A stretch of DNA of 32,000 nucleotides from positions 1-32,000 of the forward strand of contig CAKUIA010000018.1 in NCBI GenBank assembly GCA_934660865.1, written 5' to 3'. The position numbers and the translations under genes are program-made. The stretch is from an uncultured Opitutales bacterium. Lineage in GTDB: Bacteria > Verrucomicrobiota > Verrucomicrobiia > Opitutales > Intestinicryptomonadaceae. This document shows positions 16,018 through 25,168 of this stretch, piece after piece. Each line of letters begins with the position of its first letter. The stretch's first letter is position 1. Below the pieces are notes generated by a model. The model was not told the DNA's origin, did no database searches, and worked only from the letters and a program-made list of their open reading frames with translations.

Positions 16018-16050
16018 AATTTTTTGTTCGCAAAGTTTTCCGCAAACGCA

Positions 16051-16084
16051 AAAAAGTTCGGGAAGCGTAAATCCCGAACTTTTT
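16051..16084. terminator. Bidirectional rho-independent terminator between convergent sufT and hisF
   Basis: A 9-bp stem (AGTTCGGGA 16055..16063 with TCCCGAACT 16072..16080) is flanked by an A-run upstream and a T-run downstream. Confidence 0.75.
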
Positions 16085-16109
16085 GTTTTTTGCAAGCGTA
16101 GCTGAAATT

Positions 16110-16868
16110 TTAAAGCCTTACGGGGATTGAATTTTCCGCCAAAAATTCTTTTGCCTGTTTTATTGTGTATTTGCCGAAGTGGAATATCGAGGCCGCCAAA
16201 ACCGCCGAAGCGCCCGCCGTTTTTACAACGTCTTTTAGGTGGTCCAGCGTGCCCGCTCCGCCCGACGCAATTACGGGTATGCCCACATTTTCGCTGACGG
16301 CTTTTGTAAGCTGCAGGTCGTAGCCGTCTTTTGTGCCGTCGGCGTCCATCGAAGTTAGCAGAATTTCGCCGGCGCCGAGTTCTTCCACCTTCTTTGCCCA
16401 TTCAACGGCGTCCAGCTCGGTTTGTTTGCGGCCGCCGTGGGTAAATACGCCCCATTTGCCGTCGCCTATTTTCTTTGCGTCTATGGCGGCAACTATGCAC
16501 TGGTTGCCGAATTTTTCGGAGGCGTCGGCTATAAGTTTCGGGTTTAAAATTGCGGCTGTGTTAAGCGAAACTTTGTCGGCCCCCGCGTTTAACATTCGGC
16601 GTATGTCGTCGGTAGTGCGCAGCCCGCCGCCAACCGTAAGGGGCATAAAACACACGTCGGCTGTGCGTTCCACAACGTCTACCATAATGTTTCGGTTGTC
16701 GCTGGAGGCCGTTATGTCTAAAAATACAAGCTCGTCGGCTCCCTGCTTTTCGTAGGCTTTTGCCTGCTCTACCGGGTCGCCCGCATCTATTAGGTCTAAA
16801 AAGTTTACACCCTTTACAACTCTGCCCGCCTTTACGTCGAGGCACGGGATAATTCTTACACTAAGCAT
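16110..16868 (-). CDS. hisF: Imidazole glycerol phosphate synthase, cyclase subunit
   Basis: [64 protein letters not shown] is a full-length HisF pattern. Its start overlaps the upstream gene by 8 nt. Confidence 0.95.
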   Translation of the reverse strand: MLSVRIIPCLDVKAGRVVKGVNFLDLIDAGDPVEQAKAYEKQGADELVFLDITASSDNRNIMVDVVERTADVCFMPLTVGGGLRTTDDIRRMLNAGADKVSLNTAAILNPKLIADASEKFGNQCIVAAIDAKKIGDGKWGVFTHGGRKQTELDAVEWAKKVEELGAGEILLTSMDADGTKDGYDLQLTKAVSENVGIPVIASGGAGTLDHLKDVVKTAGASAVLAASIFHFGKYTIKQAKEFLAENSIPVRL

Positions 16869-18498
16869 TTTTAAAAGTCGCGTTTATTTCTATTTGTTCC
16901 GACGGGTTTACAAGTATGTCGCCCTCGTTTGCCATAACCGAGTCGTTAAGCCAAACCGAAAGTCGGGCGGGCTCGTCGAAATCTTCGGGAGCGTATTGCC
17001 ATTTGCCTATTTCCAAAAACTGCATGGGCACTCCCTTTTGCTCGCCGTTTTTCCTTACATAGGGCTTGTTGCCTATCCCTACAAGCGCGTTTACAATAAG
17101 GCAGGTTTTCCCTTCCTTTGCCTTTTTTGGCTTCTTTTCGGCGGGGGGTAGGTCGTCGAAAAGCATAGTTTGGGGGCTTTCCTTTTGCGGTTTTTCGCCC
17201 CCGGTTTTTTTGTCGGAGCCTTCGGTATTCGCCTTTTCCTCCTCAAAATCTTCTTCGGCGTTTACGGGCAAATTCAGTATGTCTTCTATAATGCTTTTAT
17301 CGCTTTTTTTACCGCTGCCGTCCAAAAACGAAAAGTCGTCCATATTCGGGTTTATTTCAACCGCGTCTTTGCCGAATACGGGAAAAATTCCCCCGTTGTT
17401 TTCTTCGTCGGCGTCTTCGCCGCTTTCGGGGAAGCTTTCTATGCCGTCTTCGTTTTCGGGCTTTTCGCCGTCTTCGGCGGGTGCGCTTTCGCCTTTTGCT
17501 TCGTCTTGCGGTGTGCCTTTATCCAGCATTTTGTCTATAAAAGACTTTGTGGAATTTTTCTGCGAATTTGAAATTGCCTTTTTTAACACTCCCGAAAGCT
17601 CTTCGGGCAACGCCCCTTTGTCGATGTCGTGCGCGATTGGCTCCTGCACGATTTCGTTGTCTTCTATGTCTAGGTTTTCGACTTTTTCTTCGCTTTCGCC
17701 GGCGTCTTCGTCGTATTCGGTTTCGTCTATACGGTTTTCTATGTAGCCTAGCCTTTCGCTAAGCGTCTTTAGCCTGCTTTCGTATTCGGCCGCCTTGCTG
17801 GAAAGCTCGTCGGCTCTGCCGGTAAGCTCGTCGGTTTTGTCCGACAAAATGTTTGCCTTGTCGGCAAGCTCTTCGGTTTTTGTGCTTGCCTGCAGTGCGT
17901 TTTGGTTTGCGCTTTCAAGGTGCTTTTCGTCCGACGAAATTTTTTCGTCTACCGCGTCAAGTCTCGCCAAAGCCGAATCTACATCGCCCGAAAGGGCGTC
18001 TATCTTTTCGGTTAGTTCGTCCCTTACGGCTTGCAGTTCGTTGTCGTTGCTTTGGGTGTTGTTAGCCTCAAAAGCCGACAGTTTTTCGGCAAGCTCCCTA
18101 ATTTCCGACGAGCATTTTTTCAGCGAAACCGACTTTTCGGCAAGTTGGTTTTTAAGCTCGCAAAGCTGCGAAAAAGTTTCCTGCAAATTTGTGGCCGTTG
18201 CGCTTTGCGCGCTTTTTATAGAGTTTGTCTCCCTAAAGAGAATGTTGAATGCCTCCTCGATTTTTGCGTCTTTTTTAAGGCTTTCGGCGTTTGCCGAAAA
18301 TTTTGAGGATTTATAATCAAGCAAAAACGGCACAAGCGAAGTTGCCGCGGCAACCGCTGTCATCAGCATGCAAACTGCCGCCGTCGAAAAGGGTATAACT
18401 TCGCCGTTTGCCGTATACGAAAATACCACAAGCAAAACGGCCACAATTTGCAGGGCGTCGGCCAAATACAATGCCCAAATCGGCGGCGATTTTTTCAT
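16861..18498 (-). CDS. Hypothetical membrane-anchored protein with a coiled-coil and an acidic region, function unknown
   Basis: 545 aa. Two N-terminal hydrophobic helices ([22 protein letters not shown]; [21 protein letters not shown]) are followed by ~200 aa of heptad-like E/K/L/S-rich sequence (..[41 protein letters not shown]). Next comes a ~230-aa D/E-rich low-complexity region, then a compact ~85-aa C-terminal domain ([54 protein letters not shown]..). Its tight spacing with trpS and hisF supports it as a real gene. Confidence 0.7.
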   Translation of the reverse strand: MKKSPPIWALYLADALQIVAVLLVVFSYTANGEVIPFSTAAVCMLMTAVAAATSLVPFLLDYKSSKFSANAESLKKDAKIEEAFNILFRETNSIKSAQSATATNLQETFSQLCELKNQLAEKSVSLKKCSSEIRELAEKLSAFEANNTQSNDNELQAVRDELTEKIDALSGDVDSALARLDAVDEKISSDEKHLESANQNALQASTKTEELADKANILSDKTDELTGRADELSSKAAEYESRLKTLSERLGYIENRIDETEYDEDAGESEEKVENLDIEDNEIVQEPIAHDIDKGALPEELSGVLKKAISNSQKNSTKSFIDKMLDKGTPQDEAKGESAPAEDGEKPENEDGIESFPESGEDADEENNGGIFPVFGKDAVEINPNMDDFSFLDGSGKKSDKSIIEDILNLPVNAEEDFEEEKANTEGSDKKTGGEKPQKESPQTMLFDDLPPAEKKPKKAKEGKTCLIVNALVGIGNKPYVRKNGEQKGVPMQFLEIGKWQYAPEDFDEPARLSVWLNDSVMANEGDILVNPSEQIEINATFKNA

Positions 18499-18523
18499 AC
18501 TCTAAAAACTTTTGTTGGTGTTG

Positions 18524-19534
18524 TTATTTTTTGGGGGCTTGGTAAAAGCCGGCTTTTCTCCAAACCTTGCCCAATATTTTGTTTGCCCTATATTGCGCCT
18601 TTTGTATGCCCGACTCGAATACCGATTCAAGATACGCTTTGTCGTTTACAAGGCTTAAATACTTTTCCCTTACGGGGGCTAAATGGGCAATCAAAGCGTC
18701 GGCAACGGCGCTTTTAAAGTCTCCGTAGCCTTTGCCCGCAAACTCGTTTTCTATTTCGGCGTAGCTTTTTGCCGTTATAGCCGAATATATGTTCATCAGG
18801 TTTGCAATGCCCTTTTTGTTTTCGGCGTCGAACCTTACGCACGAGTCGGAATCGGTAACCGCGCCCATAAGCTTCTTTTTAATTGCGGTCGGCTCGTCTA
18901 CAACATACACAACCGCGTTTTGGTTTTTGTCGGATTTCGACATTTTGGATTCCGGATTTTGCAAAGACATAATCCTTGCGCCCGCCTTCGGGATTGAAGC
19001 TTCGGGAATCTTGAAGGTGTCGGAATATTTTAGGTTGAATTTTTGCGCCAAATCGCGCGCCAATTCCATATGCTGTTTTTGGTCTTCGCCTACGGGAACA
19101 ATGTCGGCATTGTATAGCAGAATGTCGGAGGCCATAAGCACGGGGTAATACAAAAGCCCGCTGCCTATAAACGAAGTCTGTTTTTTTGCCTTGTCCTTAA
19201 ACTGAGTCATTCTTTCGAGGGCGCCTACGGGGCACAAACACGCCAAAACCCACGCCAAATCGGAATGCCCGTGAACGGCGCTTTGCGGGAAAATTGCGCT
19301 TTCGGGGTTAAGGCCGCAGGCCAGATACTGCGCAAGGCAGTCGTATACGTTTTTGCGCAGGTCGGCGGGGGTGTAGGGCACGGTTATTGCGTGCATGTCG
19401 GCTATGCCGAAATAACATTCCTCTTTGTTCGACAAATCCACCCAATATTTAATCGCCCCAAGGTAATTGCCCAGGTGCAGTTTGCCGGTGGGCTGTGCGC
19501 ATGTTAAAACAACTTTCTTATTTTCTTCGTTCAT
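18524..19534 (-). CDS. trpS: Tryptophan--tRNA ligase
   Basis: Track ORF trimmed to ATG 19534 (MNEENKKVVLTCAQPTGKLHLGNYLGA, the HIGH-type motif) and carrying KMSKS (..SKMSKSD..). Confidence 0.93.
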   Translation of the reverse strand: MNEENKKVVLTCAQPTGKLHLGNYLGAIKYWVDLSNKEECYFGIADMHAITVPYTPADLRKNVYDCLAQYLACGLNPESAIFPQSAVHGHSDLAWVLACLCPVGALERMTQFKDKAKKQTSFIGSGLLYYPVLMASDILLYNADIVPVGEDQKQHMELARDLAQKFNLKYSDTFKIPEASIPKAGARIMSLQNPESKMSKSDKNQNAVVYVVDEPTAIKKKLMGAVTDSDSCVRFDAENKKGIANLMNIYSAITAKSYAEIENEFAGKGYGDFKSAVADALIAHLAPVREKYLSLVNDKAYLESVFESGIQKAQYRANKILGKVWRKAGFYQAPKK

Positions 19535-19555
19535 TTTTTTAGCGGATAATATTTG

Positions 19556-19580
19556 CAAAAAAGCTTTCCCTTTCAAGCTT
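19556..19580 (-). terminator. Weak hairpin with T-run between hflX and trpS (possible attenuator or partial terminator)
   Basis: On the minus strand, AAGCTT-GAAAGGGA-AAGCTT is followed by TTTTT. The stem is only 6 bp and AU-rich, so confidence is low. Confidence 0.3.
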
Positions 19581-19592
19581 ATATTGCTTTGT

Positions 19593-20879
19593 TTACGGCG
19601 AATATTTTTCGAATGCGGCGGCTTTTGACGATGGCAGTTTTACGGTAAGCTCCACGCAGTAGTCCAAGTCGCTTTTTTTGCGCACAGCCCCCAGTTTGTG
19701 CAGGGCTGCAATGGCGGCATAGTCTTGCCTCGGAATTTTAAGGAGCATAATGCGGCAGTCTTTGTTTACGGCGTGCTCTATTGCCCGCAAAAGACCATCC
19801 AAATTTGCGCCGGTTTTTGCGCTTACAAAAATCGCATTCGGGTAGCTTGCCGCAAGTTGCGCCCTTAAAAAGCCGTCTTTAAGTTTGTCGCATTTGTTAA
19901 AGACCAGCAGCGTTTCCTTATCGGCAACGCCCAATTCCCTTAAAACATTGTTTGTAGTTTGTATGTGCTCGAAGGCGTCTTGGCTGCTGCAGTCTACCAA
20001 ATGCAGCAAGAAATCGGCGTTTACGGCCTCCTCTAAAGTAGACTTAAAGGCCTCTACAAACTGGTGGGGCAAATTTCTTACAAAGCCCACGGTGTCGGTA
20101 AGCAAAACGGTTTGACCGCCCGAAAGCTTAAGCCTGCGCGTTGTGGGGTCTAGCGTGGCAAAAAGCTTGTCTTGGGCGAGAACGTCGGCATTGGAAAGGG
20201 CATTTAACAGCGAAGATTTGCCCGCATTTGTGTAGCCGACTATTGCGGCGGTGGGCACTGGCACTCTCTGGCGCCTTTTGCGCTGCGTGCTGCGCTGCTT
20301 TTTTACCTCTAAAAGCTGCTTTTTTAGCGCCGCAATTCTTTCCCTTACGCGGCGTTGGTCCAGCTCTAGCTGGCTTTCGCCTTCGCCTCGCTGGGTAACG
20401 CCGCCGCCCCTTTGCCTGCTAAAGTGGTTCCACGCGCGCTTTAAACGCGGCAGGGAATATTCCAGCTTTGCAAGCTCTACTTGCAAGGTTGCCTCTTTTG
20501 TTTTGGCGCGTCGGGCAAAAATTTCCAAAATTATTTCGTGGCGGTCTATCACGCAAAGGTTTGCAAGCTTTTCCCAGTTGCGCTGCTGGGTGGGGCTTAT
20601 CTCGTTGTCGAATACTACAAGTTTTGCCCGGTTTTCCTCTGCCGTTTTTATTATTTCTTCGGCCTTGCCCGAGCCTATAAGCAACTGCGGCGAAAATTCC
20701 CTTACGCTTACAACAATTTTTTTGCGGCACGCAATGCCCAAGTTTTTGCAAAGCTCCTCAAGCTCGTCTATAAGGCTTTGCGCGTTTTGTAGAGTTTGGT
20801 CGGCCTTTCTTACCGCAACTAAAACGGCGTTGTTTGATATGTTTTTATACGGGTCTTTGTTCGGGGGTGTTTGCGGCAT
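19593..20879 (-). CDS. hflX: GTPase HflX
   Basis: The HflX N-terminal domain is followed by a coiled linker and G motifs (VGYTNAGKSSLLNAL, DTVGF, NKCD). Confidence 0.9.
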   Translation of the reverse strand: MPQTPPNKDPYKNISNNAVLVAVRKADQTLQNAQSLIDELEELCKNLGIACRKKIVVSVREFSPQLLIGSGKAEEIIKTAEENRAKLVVFDNEISPTQQRNWEKLANLCVIDRHEIILEIFARRAKTKEATLQVELAKLEYSLPRLKRAWNHFSRQRGGGVTQRGEGESQLELDQRRVRERIAALKKQLLEVKKQRSTQRKRRQRVPVPTAAIVGYTNAGKSSLLNALSNADVLAQDKLFATLDPTTRRLKLSGGQTVLLTDTVGFVRNLPHQFVEAFKSTLEEAVNADFLLHLVDCSSQDAFEHIQTTNNVLRELGVADKETLLVFNKCDKLKDGFLRAQLAASYPNAIFVSAKTGANLDGLLRAIEHAVNKDCRIMLLKIPRQDYAAIAALHKLGAVRKKSDLDYCVELTVKLPSSKAAAFEKYSP

Positions 20880-20933
20880 ATATTCTTCGCTTTAAGATTG
20901 TCTTAAAACGGCGCACAATGCAACAATAATAGT

Positions 20934-20963
20934 TTGACAGGCACAAAGGCTACTGCGAATATT
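20934..20963 (+). promoter_or_regulatory. Candidate sigma70-type promoter for holA
   Basis: A perfect TTGACA (20934..20939), an 18-nt spacer, then AATATT (20958..20963). The -10 element ends 5 nt before the holA ATG (20969). No Shine-Dalgarno sequence is visible. Confidence 0.3.
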
Positions 20964-20968
20964 TTTGT

Positions 20969-22066
20969 ATGGTATATCTTGTATTGGCAGACGACGAATT
21001 TATAGCCGACAACGCGGCAAAATCGATATTTTCGGAATTGTCCAAAAAAGTAGACGACGAATATTCAAACGAAATTATAGAGGCCATGTGCACAACAGCC
21101 GACGAAGCCGTAAAGGCGTGCGCGGCCGCGGTAGAGTCTATGATGACAGTTTCGATGTTTTCGCCGAGAAAAAACGTTTGGGTAAGAAACGCCAATATAT
21201 TTTCGGAAAACAGGGCGGCAAAGTCGCAGGCCGCGGCCGAAGCGGTAGAAAAACTGGTTGCCGCAGCCAAAAGCCTTGCCGACAGCCAGGACGTTGGCGT
21301 TGTAATTAGCGCGTGCGGGGCCGACAGGCGCAAAAAGGCATTAAAAGAGCTTATGTCGTTTGCCGAAGTTAGCGATTTAAAGGCTTCGAACGCAGCCCAG
21401 GCGTGCCAAAAGCTTGTTTTGCAGACCTGCGAAAAATGCGGGGTAAAAATCGAGGAAGACGCCCTTTATGCGCTTGTAAACACGGTGGCCGCCTCTCCGA
21501 GAATGGTCGTTAGCGATACCGAAAGGCTTGCCGCCTACTTGGGCTTTAACGGCACAATTACCGAGCAGCTTGTTTCGCAAAATGTTCCCGTTTTCGGCGA
21601 GGGCGACTTCTTTGAAATAAACACCGCATTTTACGACGGCGACTTGCCCGCGGCATTGTCGGCGCTGCACCGCAGGTTTTTTACCGACAAAAACGCGTCG
21701 GCGCGCCAGATATTGGCGGGCCTGGTAAACCAAAACTCGATATTGATACAAATAAGGGCGCTGGTAGACAGCGGCGTGCTAAAAGCATCGCCTACGGGAA
21801 TATACAAGGCGTCTTTCGAGGCGCTGTCTATGCAAATGGCCGACGACTTTGGCGGAGCTTCCAACAAAACCCCCTACAATGTGTTTTCGCAAAACTCGTG
21901 GTATGTATGCAACAAGCTTGCTCTAATAGCGTTAAAGTTTTCGCTAAAAAGGCTTATAAATTTCCAAATGTATTTTGTAGAGGCTTTCCGCAACCTCATA
22001 GCAAGGGGGGCGGCTTCCGACGAATCGGTTATGGCCGAGCTTTTTGTAAAATGCTCCATAAAGTAG
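20969..22066 (+). CDS. holA: DNA polymerase III delta subunit (probable)
   Basis: 365 aa. The N-terminus MVYLVLADDEFIADNAAKSIFSEL resembles the conserved YLLyGdDeFl start of HolA. The helical C-terminal half and the length also fit. Called from pattern only. Confidence 0.55.
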   Translation: MVYLVLADDEFIADNAAKSIFSELSKKVDDEYSNEIIEAMCTTADEAVKACAAAVESMMTVSMFSPRKNVWVRNANIFSENRAAKSQAAAEAVEKLVAAAKSLADSQDVGVVISACGADRRKKALKELMSFAEVSDLKASNAAQACQKLVLQTCEKCGVKIEEDALYALVNTVAASPRMVVSDTERLAAYLGFNGTITEQLVSQNVPVFGEGDFFEINTAFYDGDLPAALSALHRRFFTDKNASARQILAGLVNQNSILIQIRALVDSGVLKASPTGIYKASFEALSMQMADDFGGASNKTPYNVFSQNSWYVCNKLALIALKFSLKRLINFQMYFVEAFRNLIARGAASDESVMAELFVKCSIK

Positions 22067-22081
22067 AACGCAATAGGCCTT

Positions 22082-23458
22082 ATGAGATTTGTTTTGCCGA
22101 TATTTTTTGTTTTTTGCGCGCAGCTTTTTGCGGTAGACGCAAATTTGTACAATTCGCTTAGAAACGCTTTCGACTATACGGGCTTTCCCGAAATCGCCAA
22201 AAGCGATGTAGAAAACATAAAAAAGCTTGCGGCAAGCGACGCCGACGCGATGTATTGCATGGGCGTTTTGGCGTTTAGGGGGCTCGGCAAGGTTGAAAGG
22301 AACAATTACGAGGCCTTAAAATATTTCACAAATTCCTCTATATTCGGCAATGTAGACGCGCTTGCGGCGGTAGGCTATTTTTATATGGAGGGCATTGCCC
22401 TAAAACAAAATCCCGAAAACGCCGTAAACTATTTTAAAAGGGCGCTGCCTTCGCCGCTTGCAACAAATTTTTTGGGTGTGTGCCACCTTAGGGGCTTTGG
22501 GGTGGAAAAGTCCGAACAGAAAGCCGAAGACCTGTTTAACGACGCAATAAAGGCGGGGAACCTAAGGGCCAAAATTTCGCTGGCAATGTGCAAAATGGGC
22601 GGCAAAAACAGGGACTTACAACTGGCGTTGTCGCTTTTAAAAGAGGCGGCCAACGGCGCAAATGCCATAGCCCAATGCAATATTGCAACCTTTTACCTAA
22701 AGGGGGCGTTCGGGGAAAAAGAGCCAAAGCAGGCGTATTTGTGGTTCGAAAAATCGGCAACAATGCAATATCCGCCAGCGCAGCTTGCGTTGTCTAAGCT
22801 GTATTTAGAGGGCAACGGCACCGAAAAAGACGCAAACAAGGCCTTGTATTGGGCGCAAAGGGCGGCGTATAACGGCAGTGCCGAGGCGATGAATACGGCG
22901 GGCTTAATGCTTTCGGGCAAAATATCGGGCGTAGGGCTAGATCCTAAATTGGCGTTTGAGTATTTTAGAAATTCCGTCGATAACGGATACGAAAAGGCTT
23001 TGGACAATTTGGGCGACTGCCATTTTTACGGAGTTGGAACTGAGCGCGATTTTAAGGAGGCCGCAAGGTATTATAGAAGGGCGGCATATAAAAACAGCGC
23101 ATACTCGCAAACAATGCTTGCCCAAATTAAGCTGGAGGGTTTGGACGGCAGGCGCAACAGCCGCGAGGCCGTAAGGTGGCTAAAAAAGGCGGCCGACGCG
23201 GGCTATGTGGAGGCTCAAAGCCGCTTGGGTGCGGTTTTGCTAGAAGACGATTCCGACAAGGGAAATGCAGCCGAGGCGGTGCGCTATCTAAAAAAAGCCG
23301 CCGACGCCGACAACCCCGAGGCTTTGGGCAACCTGGGAGCATGCTATGCCATTGGTATGGGCGTTACCAAAAATAGGGACGAAGCCGTGCGTCTTTTAAA
23401 GCGCGCGGCCGTGCTCGGCAACGAAGACGCCGCTCGCGCCCTGGGCCGCCTAAGATAA
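22082..23458 (+). CDS. Secreted Sel1-like repeat (SLR/TPR-family) protein
   Basis: Signal peptide MRFVLPIFFVFCAQLFA. Many tandem ~36-aa units follow the A..G...A...LG..Y..G.GV..D...A..W..KAA pattern (for example AVRWLKKAADAGYVEAQSRLGAVL and AVRYLKKAADADNPEALGNLGACYAIGMGV). Confidence 0.85.
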   Translation: MRFVLPIFFVFCAQLFAVDANLYNSLRNAFDYTGFPEIAKSDVENIKKLAASDADAMYCMGVLAFRGLGKVERNNYEALKYFTNSSIFGNVDALAAVGYFYMEGIALKQNPENAVNYFKRALPSPLATNFLGVCHLRGFGVEKSEQKAEDLFNDAIKAGNLRAKISLAMCKMGGKNRDLQLALSLLKEAANGANAIAQCNIATFYLKGAFGEKEPKQAYLWFEKSATMQYPPAQLALSKLYLEGNGTEKDANKALYWAQRAAYNGSAEAMNTAGLMLSGKISGVGLDPKLAFEYFRNSVDNGYEKALDNLGDCHFYGVGTERDFKEAARYYRRAAYKNSAYSQTMLAQIKLEGLDGRRNSREAVRWLKKAADAGYVEAQSRLGAVLLEDDSDKGNAAEAVRYLKKAADADNPEALGNLGACYAIGMGVTKNRDEAVRLLKRAAVLGNEDAARALGRLR

Positions 23459-23550
23459 AAAAAAGCTTTACAAAACCGCAAAAGGGTACATCATTTGAAC
23501 CATAATTATAAACATAAGTTTATACACAAATAACCATAAGAAATAAAACT

Positions 23551-23808
23551 ATGTCAGACATTGAAAAAAGAGTAAAAGATATCATAGTAAAACAGCTCCA
23601 AGTTAACGAAGAGCAAATTACCCCCGAAGCGTCTTTTGTAGACGATTTGGGTGCCGATTCTCTCGATCAGGTTGAGCTTATAATGGCTTTTGAAGAAGAA
23701 TTTAAGGACGATATTAAGGAAGAAATCCCCGAATCCGACGGCGAAAAGCTTACAACTGTCGGAAAGGTAATCGACTATATCAAAGAAAAATCGAAAGCCA
23801 ACAATTAG
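23551..23808 (+). CDS. acpP: Acyl carrier protein
   Basis: 85 aa with the phosphopantetheine attachment motif [19 protein letters not shown]. Confidence 0.95.
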   Translation: MSDIEKRVKDIIVKQLQVNEEQITPEASFVDDLGADSLDQVELIMAFEEEFKDDIKEEIPESDGEKLTTVGKVIDYIKEKSKANN

Positions 23809-23842
23809 TTGCAAGATTATAGCTAGATAATTTTTGTAGAAT

Positions 23843-23876
23843 ACCCGTTAGTTGGCTTTGCTTCTAACGGGTTTTC
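23843..23876 (+). terminator. Hairpin with T-run between acpP and fabF (partial terminator or attenuator)
   Basis: A 9-bp stem (ACCCGTTAG 23843..23851 with CTAACGGGT 23864..23872) is followed by TTTT. Confidence 0.6.
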
Positions 23877-23920
23877 TGGTTTTTTACAACTTTGTTTATT
23901 TCAATTAGTTAGGATACGTT

Positions 23921-25168
23921 ATGAGCCAAGAGAGAATTGTTGTTACAGGTCTGGGCGTAATTTCGACTTTCGGCGACGGCATAGACGCTTTGTGGTCGAA
24001 CCTTTGCGAGGGCAAAAGCGGTATAACATCGGTTAGCCTTTTCGACGCTTCGCAGCTAAACTGTCAGGTTGCTTCGGAATGCCGCAACTTTGTGGCCGAA
24101 AATTATATGGACGCAAAAGAGGCAAAACGCAGCGACAGGTACACCCACTTTGCAATGGCCGCAGCCAAGCTTGCCGTAAAAGACGCGGGGCTAGACCTTG
24201 AAAAGATGGATATGAACAGAATGGGCGTGCTAATCGGTTCCGGCGTAGGCGGTATGGATACTATCGAAAAGCAGACAACCGCTTTCGTGCAAAGGGGGCC
24301 GCGCAGGGTTTCGCCCTTTATGATACCGAATCTTTTGGCGAATATGGCTTCGGGCGTTGTTGCAATAGCTTTGGGGGCTAAAGGTGTAAACTTTTCGGTT
24401 GTAAGCGCATGCGCAACCGGTACGCACGCCATAGGCGAGGCTATGCTTCACCTGCAGCTTGGCAAGGAAGACGTTATCTTAGCCGGCGGCAGCGAGGCTG
24501 CGGTAACCCCGCTAAGCTTTGCGGGCTTTTGCGCCATGAAGGCCATGGCCACAAACTTTAACGACGAGCCTTCAAGGGCTTCGAGGCCTTTCGACGCCGA
24601 CAGGTGCGGCTTTGTAATGGGCGAAGGCGCGGGCGTTTTGGTGCTTGAAAGGCTAGACCACGCCCTGGCAAGAGGCGCGAAAATATATTGCGAGCTTTCG
24701 GGCTACGGCGCAACATGCGACGCCTACCATATTACAAGCCCCGACATAGAGGGCAGGGGCTTGACCCACTGTCTGGAAAGGGTTTTAGACGACGCAAAAG
24801 TTTCGGTACAAGATGTAGACTATATAAACGCGCACGGAACTTCTACGCCCTACAACGACAAGTTCGAAACATTGGCAATACACAAGGTATTTGGCCCGTA
24901 TGCAAAAGACCTTATGATTAGCTCTACAAAGAGCATGACAGGCCACCTGCTTGGGGCTGCGGGCGCGCTTGAAGCCGCAATTTGTGCAAAAACAATAGAA
25001 ACGGGAATTGTTCCGCCTACAATAAACTACGAAAATCCGGACCCCGATTGCGATTTGGACTACGTTCCCAACGTTGCAAGAAAGGCGAAGGTAGACACCG
25101 CCATTAGCACCAACTTGGGCTTTGGCGGGCACAACGGAACATTGTTATTTAAAAGGTATAAACAGTAA
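23921..25168 (+). CDS. fabF: Beta-ketoacyl-ACP synthase II
   Basis: Active-site Cys context VVSACATGTHAIG, His motifs NAHGTSTPYND and KSMTGHLLGAAG, and the C-terminal NLGFGGHNGTLLF. Confidence 0.95.
   Translation: MSQERIVVTGLGVISTFGDGIDALWSNLCEGKSGITSVSLFDASQLNCQVASECRNFVAENYMDAKEAKRSDRYTHFAMAAAKLAVKDAGLDLEKMDMNRMGVLIGSGVGGMDTIEKQTTAFVQRGPRRVSPFMIPNLLANMASGVVAIALGAKGVNFSVVSACATGTHAIGEAMLHLQLGKEDVILAGGSEAAVTPLSFAGFCAMKAMATNFNDEPSRASRPFDADRCGFVMGEGAGVLVLERLDHALARGAKIYCELSGYGATCDAYHITSPDIEGRGLTHCLERVLDDAKVSVQDVDYINAHGTSTPYNDKFETLAIHKVFGPYAKDLMISSTKSMTGHLLGAAGALEAAICAKTIETGIVPPTINYENPDPDCDLDYVPNVARKAKVDTAISTNLGFGGHNGTLLFKRYKQ

Noticed and set aside
17066-17746. 226-aa S/F-rich plus-strand ORF (and 17170..17571, 17795..18316) opposite the coiled-coil gene
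   Set aside because: Its composition is simply the complement of E/K/D-rich codons (GAA to TTC, AAA to TTT). The minus-strand gene has membrane helices, heptad structure and operon context.
23551-23808. A slightly longer acidic loop in ACP ([20 protein letters not shown]) than in E. coli AcpP
   Set aside because: This is within the normal variation of ACP helix II-III loops, and the DSL attachment motif is intact.
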